6,863 nt of DNA, taken from assembly GCF_006345805.1 (NCBI RefSeq), contig NW_021829024.1:1-6863 (forward strand), given 5' to 3'. Within the stretch, counting starts at the first letter, position 1. Each line of letters starts with the position of its first letter. Source of the stretch: Octopus sinensis (Eukaryota). Shown in pieces: positions 1-6,863 of this stretch. The position numbers and the translations under genes are program-made. Below the pieces are notes generated by a model. That model made no database searches, was not told where the DNA came from, and saw only the letters and a program-made list of their open reading frames with translations.

Positions 1-528
1 GAGTAGAACCATTAGTTTTTTTTCCTTGTTTTAATTGCTTTGTCTCACTTTAATCTATATACACTTTTATCTCTAAACCGCACCTCCTTCCCACGCTCGC
101 TCCCTCGACTGCCATTCCCGTCACTTGCCCGTTAATCGCTCTCTGGAGAACCATCGTTCTTCTCTCTCAGTCCAACATATTTTGTCCTGAATATATTTCA
201 TGGGTTAATTCTCGAAATTTTCAAACGATTTACTCAACCCTACCCACTTCATATCCAAACGGGCATGCGGGGGTTAAGGGGTGATTTTGCAAAATTTGGA
301 AACGAGATGTGTTGGTGTGTAACCCTTCCTCCTTCCTGTGTCTCTCCTGTATCTGGTTGTCACTACTGAGAACTCATTAAGACCCTCTTCCCCAACACCT
401 CTTCCACGGTCTTTGCTCAATCTTTCACCATCCTTTAATGTCTACCACTGTTGCACATGGTCAACATCATTTGTCCGTTAATCTTTCTCTTTTATAATTA
501 TCCGTTAACTACAACCAGAAATGTCTTC

Positions 529-545
529 CTATCTATCTATCTATA

Positions 546-596
<51 letters not shown>

Positions 597-611
597 TATC
601 TATCTATCTAT
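529..611. repeat. (CTAT)n tetranucleotide microsatellite, slightly interrupted
   Basis: Tandem CTAT units read directly from the sequence. Confidence 0.97.
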
Positions 612-663
612 CGTCGATCTGTTTGTCTATCCGTTCATTCATCTCTCACTTGCCTTCTCTATT

Positions 664-700
664 TCTCTCTCTCTCTCTTCTCCCACTCTCTTTCTGTCTC
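664..700. repeat. (CT)n / pyrimidine-rich simple repeat
   Basis: TCTCTCTCTCTCTCT followed by degenerate CT units. Confidence 0.85.
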
Positions 701-715
701 ACTGTATGTATGTGT

Positions 716-725
716 TATATATATA

Positions 726-779
<54 letters not shown>

Positions 780-870
780 ATATAGTAATCTATATATATA
801 TATAATATATATATATATTTATATATATATATAATGTATATATATATAGATATACTATATATAGATATAT
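716..870. repeat. Interrupted (TA)n microsatellite
   Basis: Long TA dinucleotide run with point interruptions. Confidence 0.97.
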
Positions 871-927
871 AACTTTGATGAGGGTTCGGCATTATTGGCC
901 CAGGCCATGGTCTAACTTAATAGCACC

Positions 928-972
928 ATATGATATATATATATATTATTATATATATATATATATTATATA

Positions 973-1018
<46 letters not shown>

Positions 1019-1057
1019 CTATATATATAATATATATATATATATGTATATATATAT
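928..1057. repeat. Interrupted (TA)n microsatellite
   Basis: Long TA dinucleotide run with point interruptions. Confidence 0.97.
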
Positions 1058-1058
1058 T

Positions 1059-1229
1059 GATAGAAATGGTAAGACAAACAAAAGAATGAAAGAGACCTCG
1101 GTATTATGTAAATAGAGGAATTATCTGTAAATATAATAATTAATATTACAGCAAAAACTGTCTGATGAACGGCAACGAGAAACTCAAAGAGTAACAGATT
1201 TTGTTGAATTTCTGCTGCTCTTAAATAAA

Positions 1230-1230
<1 letters not shown>
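1059..1230. mobile_element. Short complex island between (TA)n tracts; probable Penelope-like element (pseudo-LTR) or retrozyme remnant
   Basis: About 170 bp of non-repetitive sequence bounded on both sides by (TA)n and carrying a type I hammerhead. Hammerheads in animal genomes are commonly associated with Penelope-like elements and retrozymes. The family assignment is inference. Confidence 0.5.
1149..1206 (+). ncRNA. Type I hammerhead ribozyme
   Basis: Core CTGATGA (1162-1168) and GAAA (1179-1182). Helix II CG-GCAA-CG (1170-1177). Helix III ACTC-AAA-GAGT (1182-1192). Cleavage triplet GUA (cut after 1193). Helix I CAGCAAAAACTGT (1149-1161) pairs with ACAGATTTTGTTG (1194-1206) at 12 of 13 positions, including one G-U. 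Confidence 0.85.
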
Positions 1231-1231
<1 letters not shown>

Positions 1232-1271
<40 letters not shown>

Positions 1272-1317
1272 GATATATATATATATGTATATGTGTTGTG
1301 TGTGTGTGTGTCTGTGT
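1232..1317. repeat. Compound (TA)n-(TG)n microsatellite
   Basis: TA run grading into a TG run. Confidence 0.95.
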
Positions 1318-1701
1318 ACGGTAGTGCTTTGTTTAGCGCTCTAGATACGTTCCTAAAAACGCATCTCTTCATGAAACAACATTATACGCAGTGTTTATAA
1401 TATAGAAATAGAGAGACAAGTTTACGAACGCAAATTGTAAGTAAAAAAGATTCAACGTCTCAGCCTCCCTATATTTAATAAATTCAGATAATCCCAATCG
1501 AAATGTTATTACAATTTTGTGATCATGAGTTATAATGAAATTAGAAAAGAAGAATAATTCAATTATGTTACTTAATTATATTTAAACGAATTAAATTAGT
1601 GAAATTTAATCACTCCTGCACAGATCTAATCAGTCTAAAAGGAAGCGAAACCAAAATGATGCAGTATTCCTTTCTCTACAAACTAAACCCTTTTTCTGCA
1701 G

Positions 1702-1788
1702 GGACTTCATCGTGCCATGATGTCAGATTTTGTCCATTTTCAGAAGCCGATGCGAGTTACTCCTGAAGTTTTCTTTGCACAATCAGAT
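1702..1788 (+). CDS. Candidate internal coding exon, 87 nt, phase 0-0, peptide GLHRAMMSDFVHFQKPMRVTPEVFFAQSD; product unknown
   Basis: Branch-point-like ACTAAAC (1682-1688), pyrimidine tract and acceptor CCCTTTTTCTGCAG (AG at 1700-1701), and donor GAT|GTTAGT at 1789. Length is divisible by 3, only frame 0 is stop-free, and the segment is more GC-rich than its flanks. No homology recognised. Confidence 0.45.
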
Positions 1789-2060
1789 GTTAGTTTACCT
1801 GGAAAGAAACAATATAGTTATTAATAAGAGGAGTTGAAATTACTGTATGCAAAATTTCACGGCTCTAGCATCATTCTTTCATAATCAGCCTATGATCTTT
1901 TCAGCCTATTCTCTTAATCCCGATAATCCATAAATGTTGTAAATATAGTCTAAGAGTGATGAGTAGATTAGAGATAAATGTTATTTTGTTTAAGACATTG
2001 GTCTTTTTGCAGTTATTCCTTAATTGCACCTATTTCCCACAACGAAGCGAGCTTCGTTAA

Positions 2061-2200
2061 TCTATAATAATAAAAGCGAAATTCTGTCCGTCCGTCTGGG
2101 ACCCCTGTATCTCAGTCTACATTTGCTCTATATAGACATAGTATACCTTTTTGGAATCAGGACGATCCAGGGATTGAAAACTTACCCTTCATTTGGTTCT
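2061..2200 (+). mobile_element. 5' terminal region of a non-autonomous Helitron (3' extent uncertain, possibly to CTAG at 2940-2943)
   Basis: A|TCTATAATAATAAAAG start (5'-TC after a target A) followed by short (TCCG/TCTG) repeats, typical of small Helitron-N elements. It resembles the 5' end of the 4068-5533 element (TCTCTTATTATAAAAG). Confidence 0.55.
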
Positions 2201-2454
2201 TAAAAGACTTAAAAGCATTTGAGTTGTTATTTCTAGCAGGTAAAGCTTGATACATTCACGCCATCTTGGTGGCGTTTGTCAGATGACATCAGAGATCAAG
2301 GGGGCAGATTGATGACATTCGCTTCGTCGAGATAAGAAATTTGGAACAAACTGGCCAACAGTTGGAATTCAGCTTGGGACTCGAACACTAGAATGATTGC
2401 ATTGCATTGCAAAATTAATTTTTATCCATCCTCAACCTCTGATCAGATACCACC

Positions 2455-2823
2455 CTCTTTTTTACTTGTTTCAGTCATTTGACTGCGGCCATGCTGGAGC
2501 ACTGACTTTAGTCGAGCAAATCGACCCCGGGACTTATTCTTTGTAAGCCTAGTACTTATTCTATCGCTCTCTTTTGCCGACGTAATCACACCAACATCGG
2601 TTGTCAAGCGATGTTGGGGGGGGGGGACAACAAACACTACACACAAACACACACACAAATATATTTATATGCATATATACGACGGGCTTCTTTCAGTTTC
2701 TGTCTACCAAATCCACTGAGGCTATAGTAGAAGACACTTGCCCAAGGTGCCACGCAGTGGGACTGAACCCGGAACCATGTGGTTGGTAAGCAAGCTACTT
2801 ACGACACAGCCACTCCTGCGCCT
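2455..2823 (-). mobile_element. Near full-length tRNA-derived SINE (octopus OK/OR-type as recalled), with internal CA/TA microsatellite
   Basis: On the - strand: 5' GGCGCAGGAG, A box TGGCTGTGTCG (2812-2802), B box GGTTCAGTCCC (2769-2759), CORE-like CCTTGGGCAAGT (2747-2736), and A-rich tail ...CTGAAACAAGTAAAAAAGAG. The family name is from memory. Confidence 0.88.
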
Positions 2824-2968
2824 GGGGCATATAGTAATTATAGATGTATTGTAGTCATGCTATTTAGCTCTCTTTAGTTTTAGGTCTCAGGCCCAATTAG
2901 CCCTTTGCAGGCGCCAGGTTAAAAGCCCGCACGGATGAGCTAGTGCAGAATAAAATGAATTGCAAAAA

Positions 2969-2970
<2 letters not shown>

Positions 2971-3036
<66 letters not shown>

Positions 3037-3038
3037 AA
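2971..3038. repeat. (GAAA)17 perfect microsatellite preceded by A7
   Basis: Direct count of tandem GAAA units. Confidence 0.98.
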
Positions 3039-3634
3039 ACGAAACAAACAACAACGGATCGGCTGTTGGCAATGAGAATTCATGATTTATGTCGGAGAAA
3101 TAATTCCAATACCAAATCGAGTCAACTGATTCACCTTTTCTTTCATTTTTCGAATTCACAAACATGATATACAAATTGGAAAGCCTTGAACTCTGCACCT
3201 CCGTAGGTAAACTTGACAAGCCACCTATCACTGAGCCACCGACAATGTTTATATAGCAGATTAACATTCCATTAATACTTTGCTCCTAATATTTTCTAGA
3301 GTTTACTATTTTAGCTTCTTTTTTTTTTTCTTCTTCTTTGTTGTTTTTGTTCTCTCAACAGAAATAAAAGCTGGAAAGCGAATATATTGCATTTGTTTAC
3401 GCTTAGGCCTCTGCTAGACTAAACAGAACCACTTGGAGGCTAGAAAAGAACACTGAATGCTGTATTAAACTGAGCACAACCAACCTCACTGCTGTTTCTT
3501 TGGCAAGACGATGGAGTTGCTTCCGGCTTGCTCTGGTAGAATTCAACTCGAAACGAGTTGCAGTGATGTCGTCACAGCACGTGGCTCAATGAATGGAGTT
3601 AAAAGAATACCCAACACTTCACTAAAACTGATAC

Positions 3635-3660
3635 TGTTGTTGCTGCTGCTGCTGCTGCCG

Positions 3661-3695
<35 letters not shown>

Positions 3696-3897
3696 ACTGC
3701 TAGTACTGTTCCACTATTGGTTCTTCTTCTTCTGCGGCTGCTGCTGCTACTGCACCTCCTCCTCCTCCTCCTTAGATTTATTACTATTTAGACATCGTTA
3801 TTATCCTTGTTTGTTGTTGTTGTTGTTGTTGTTATTGATATCATCAACATTGCTTTCTGATTCTTCTGCCTTCTTTTCCTCTTCCTCTTCCTCTTCA
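3635..3897. repeat. Compound trinucleotide repeat field: (CTG)n, (TTG)n, (TTC)n, (CTC)n
   Basis: Successive triplet runs read directly from the sequence. Confidence 0.93.
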
Positions 3898-4067
3898 GAG
3901 TCGACACATTTTTTTATTATCGTCAGCTTTTCGTGTTCAATTTTTTTCGTAGCGTCTCTGTAGCCAGTAAAAGCCGACGAGAATGCATCGTAGCACTTCG
4001 CTCCGACATTCGAAGCTCTGAGTACAATAATAACAACCATTTACTGTTTGCTCTATTTTATAACATA

Positions 4068-4937
4068 CTAGCAGTATCGCCCGGCGTTGCTCGGGTTTGT
4101 TTCGACCCGCTGGAATTGTAATTTTGAAAAGTAAAAATTTTGTGAACATTTTTCTGGTCGAAATACACCGAAAAGTGGCGACACAGCAGTGAAAAAATCG
4201 TAAAAAATAGGGATTTTCATAGAAAAAAGCATCTTTTTGATGTAAATAATTTTTGGTGTTAACATGGTCCGATTGATTTTATGTTCTACGGAAGGAAGAG
4301 CAACCCTTCTTCTTCTACATACTCTCAATTTTGGTCAACTTGCGCCGCAGGGTCTCGGAGGAGATAGTGTTTAGTTGAAGGTTACCATTCTAGGTGCCTG
4401 AGTAACAACCTCGCGGATTTACAGATAAATGAATTAATTACTATTTTACAGAATAAAATTAAATAATTCTTGAAAATTAATTAATATTAATATTTTTGAA
4501 CAAAGTAAATAATTTTTTAAAACTTAAATAAAATTTTTTTATACAAACGCGAACGGGGAAAAGGGGGTGGCGAATTCGATTTACATACCTAAATTTTTTC
4601 TTTTTCATGACATTGTAGCAAAATAGTAGTGAATTATAAATAAATACCAGCAGTACATTTTTTTTTCTGGGGTATTTTTTTCAACCTCTCACATATTTGC
4701 CCTTTCAATTTAAACAAAGTCTTAATTAAGCAATTACGGCAGCTTAGCAATGGTTTCATAATACAGGCGTGACATCTGTATCTCAATTGTTCAAAACCCT
4801 TCGAATTTTTTCGCACTTGATGATATCATAGTGAAAACTTCAGTTTTTCTGTCTTTCACTCTGTCGGTCTCTTTACACACACACTAAACAACAAGCCTCT
4901 ACACTTACACACCACACTTTCTGTGTCGCACAACCTC

Positions 4938-4979
<42 letters not shown>

Positions 4980-5533
4980 ACACTCACGCACGCACACATG
5001 TACATCAATGCTTTCGGAGTGAAATGTTAAAATATTGAGTTTTCTCGAATTTTGTCTTAATTGGGGGTGAAATTGAAAGAAATATATTATGGCAATGAGC
5101 GAATGGAGTACTTTGAAAATCTTAGGAGGTAAATTCTAATTGAAGAAATTGTGTGAGGAGTAATCGTTATGTATTTATTATTTCTGTTTGCTGTGTTTTT
5201 TATTTTTTGAGTAGTGGTTTAAATACTTTCTGTTTAGTCTTCCTCAAATCACTCTGTCGCTATTTACTTTCATTTTATTCGTTGCACACTGTGGTGTGCG
5301 TTTGCGTGTGGTGTAAACCAGACTAAGAAAAGCATTTGACACACACACCAGAATGTGAGTTTTCTGTAATTTTGCTTAATTGGAGTTTAAATTTTTAAAA
5401 ACTGGACCTGGCATGACCCGATGCATTCTACTCTTAAAAATGCTAGGTAAATTGTAATTGAAGAAATCCTATATTGTAGATTTCTATAACTCCCAAAGGG
5501 AGGCAGATAAAATCTGCCTTTTATAATAAGAGA
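4068..5533 (-). mobile_element. Non-autonomous Helitron, ~1.47 kb, both termini present, no RepHel ORF
   Basis: On the - strand: A|TCTCTTATTATAAAAG at 5533 (5'-TC). The 3' end reads CCCGAGCAACGCCGGG (GC hairpin, 4095-4080), then CGATACTG, then CTAG|T (4071-4068). Insertion is between A and T with no target-site duplication, the canonical Helitron signature. Pairing the two ends into one element is inference. Confidence 0.75.
4939..4978. repeat. (AC)20 microsatellite within the Helitron
   Basis: Direct count; degenerate CA units on both flanks. Confidence 0.97.
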
Positions 5534-5584
5534 TAATCCTCTATTTCTACAAATATCGAGGTCTTATTCTTTTGCTGTTATACA

Positions 5585-5618
<34 letters not shown>
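5585..5618. repeat. (TAT)11 microsatellite; possibly the (ATA)n tail of the adjacent - strand SINE
   Basis: Direct count; lies just 3' (in - orientation) of the SINE fragment. Confidence 0.95.
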
Positions 5619-5631
5619 GCTGTTATATATC

Positions 5632-5794
5632 GTAGCATTCCGTCGATTACGACGATGTGGGTTCCAGTTAATCCGATCAGCGAAACAGCCTGCTCTTGGA
5701 ATTAATATGCAGGAGGCTGAGCACTCCACAGACTCGTGTACCCTTAATGTAATTCTCGGGGAGATTCAGCGTGACACAGAATATAACAGAATAT
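5632..5794 (-). mobile_element. 3' part of a SINE (octopus family as recalled)
   Basis: ...GGAGTGCTCAGCC...GAGCAGGCTGTTTCGCTGATCGGATTAACTGGAACCC... matches my recollection of a high-copy octopus SINE 3' body. A simple-repeat tail follows. Confidence 0.6.
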
Positions 5795-5799
5795 GATAA

Positions 5800-5952
5800 G
5801 GATTAAGTCGTCGACCCCAGTGCGTAACTGGTACTTATTTAATTGACCCCGAAAAAATGAAATGCGGAAATTGAACTCAGAACGTAACGGCAGACGAAAT
5901 ACCGCTACGCATTTCGGTCGGCGTGCTAACGATTCTACCAGCTCGCAGCCCT
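5800..5952 (-). mobile_element. 5' part of a tRNA-derived SINE with Pol III boxes and a conserved central-domain-like segment
   Basis: On the - strand: GGGCTGCGAGC, A-box-like TGGTAGAATCG (5940-5930), B-box-like GAGTTCAATTTCC (5878-5866), then TTTCATTTTTTCGGGGTCAATTAAATAAGTACCAG. Confidence 0.8.
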
Positions 5953-6168
5953 TTAAGATCCAAGGATCGATGGGTAGGAAGACAGTTAGCTTCAAGCAAA
6001 TCGTAGTAAATATTAAAAACTACTTTCAAGGACAATAGTAGTTTATTGAGGTGGAAGGTTGTGGATTTTGTTCTTATCAAAGCACGATAAATTGATTAAA
6101 AGTTCTCTTTACATTTCACGGTAGGCAACCAGGGTTGCCGGATCTTATCTACTCCAATACTTAACTCT

Positions 6169-6212
6169 TGTGTGTGTGTGTATGTGTGTATGTATATATA
6201 TATATATATATA
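6169..6212. repeat. Compound (TG)n-(TA)n microsatellite
   Basis: Read directly from the sequence. Confidence 0.93.
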
Positions 6213-6323
6213 GCAAATCTCTCCCCCCCCACCAAAAAAAAACGAACAACAAAAACAAAAAATATGGCGAGGATGTGATGCATGTAAAGTATTAGCAGAC
6301 GCTCAGGGAAGGAAGGAAAGGTG

Positions 6324-6358
6324 GTTTTACGTTTCGAGCAAAGCTCTTCTTCAGAAAC
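6324..6358 (-). ncRNA. Minimal type I hammerhead ribozyme of the Penelope-like-element kind
   Basis: The - strand reads GTTT CTGAAGA A GAGC-TTT-GCTC GAAA CG TA AAAC. Intact core, 4-bp helix II, palindromic ACGT in place of helix III, GUA cleavage triplet, and 4-bp helix I GTTT/AAAC. Confidence 0.65.
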
Positions 6359-6734
6359 AGAAGAAAGTCTAATATTAAAAGAAGACGGAGGAAAAAAATC
6401 GTCAACGGTTCACATGTGGTTACATGTTTGTATGCATGTATGCTTGTAGGTCATTTGCAGGATTCCTAGAGTCTAGGTATTTCAACAAGTAGGACGACAG
6501 GATAGGTCGAGTACTGAACTTGCAATACGCTGGAGCAACTTAAAGCTGTCGCTCGTTGGTTGTATGCTGCATGTATGCATATATGCACTCACACATGTAT
6601 CTGTCGATTTAAATACACATAGACAGATGCATATATACGTAGGTATCGAATCTAGTATAAACTAGAGATCCAACTCAGAGATGGTTCCAAATGTAATGCA
6701 TGTATAAAAGTAGAACACAAGTAGGGTTTAAAAT

Positions 6735-6817
6735 TCAATACAGCTGTTTCGGCAGCATTTTATTGATGTATTCTTAGATTACATCATGGCAGAAATCCGC
6801 CACCATCCTTAGCTTAC
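6735..6817 (-). other. Degenerate hammerhead-like motif with expanded helix II
   Basis: On the - strand: CTAAGGA (6812-6806, one change from CTGANGA), then GGTGGC...GCTGCC helix II, GAAA, palindromic ACAGCTGT, and GUA. Helix I is poorly paired. Confidence 0.4.
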
Positions 6818-6863
6818 AGATGTTTCTGCTATAGAAAGCATTGCACTGGCAGCAGAGTGCTTG

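Noticed and set aside
60-470. Pyrimidine-rich, moderately GC-rich stretch, possibly a repeat fragment or promoter
   Set aside because: No termini, boxes or reading frame that I can support.
871-927. Hammerhead-like TTGATGA-GGGTT...GGCCC-AGGCCATGGTC between TA tracts
   Set aside because: The core begins with T instead of C, GAAA is missing and helix I cannot form. It is at best a heavily decayed remnant.
451-1372. ORFs rich in IY/YLSI repeats
   Set aside because: Translations of (TA)n and (CTAT)n microsatellites, which lack stops in some frames.
2443-2789. ORFs 2443-2658 and 2601-2789
   Set aside because: They lie almost entirely within a SINE and are incidental frames.
2745-2823. tRNA-like sequence
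   Set aside because: It has A and B boxes but no complete cloverleaf and continues into a SINE body, so it is a SINE head rather than a tRNA gene.
2887-3267. ORFs with KKER / SFFL repeats
   Set aside because: Produced by the (GAAA)17 tract.
3310-3361. Strong polypyrimidine tract ending in CAACAG (acceptor-like)
   Set aside because: All three downstream frames stop within ~60 nt and no good donor is evident. A terminal or non-coding exon cannot be excluded but is unsupported.
3511-3963. 150-aa poly-Leu/Ser ORF
   Set aside because: An open frame is expected across TTG/CTG/TTC/CTC triplet runs; no domain-like content.
4068-6080. Short ORFs inside the Helitron and SINEs
   Set aside because: No HUH Rep, helicase or reverse-transcriptase motifs; lengths are consistent with chance.
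6281-6426. 7-bp inverted pair CATGTAA/TTACATG suggesting a MITE
   Set aside because: Too short in a region rich in CATG/TGTA words, and no target-site duplication is seen.

Overview
AT-rich, microsatellite-dense eukaryotic non-coding DNA. The tRNA-derived SINEs resemble octopus families as I recall them, so the source is probably a cephalopod (inference, not a database result). None of the supplied ORFs is a credible gene: they are translations of simple repeats or of transposon bodies. The window holds two or three tRNA-derived SINE pieces on the - strand. It also holds a ~1.47 kb non-autonomous Helitron with both termini (4068-5533, -) and the 5' end of a second Helitron (2061, +). There is one plausible 87-nt coding exon (1702-1788) that the ORF track misses. 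The most interesting signal is a set of type I hammerhead ribozyme motifs: a well-formed one at 1149-1206 (+), a minimal Penelope-type one at 6324-6358 (-), and a degenerate one with an expanded helix II at 6735-6817 (-).
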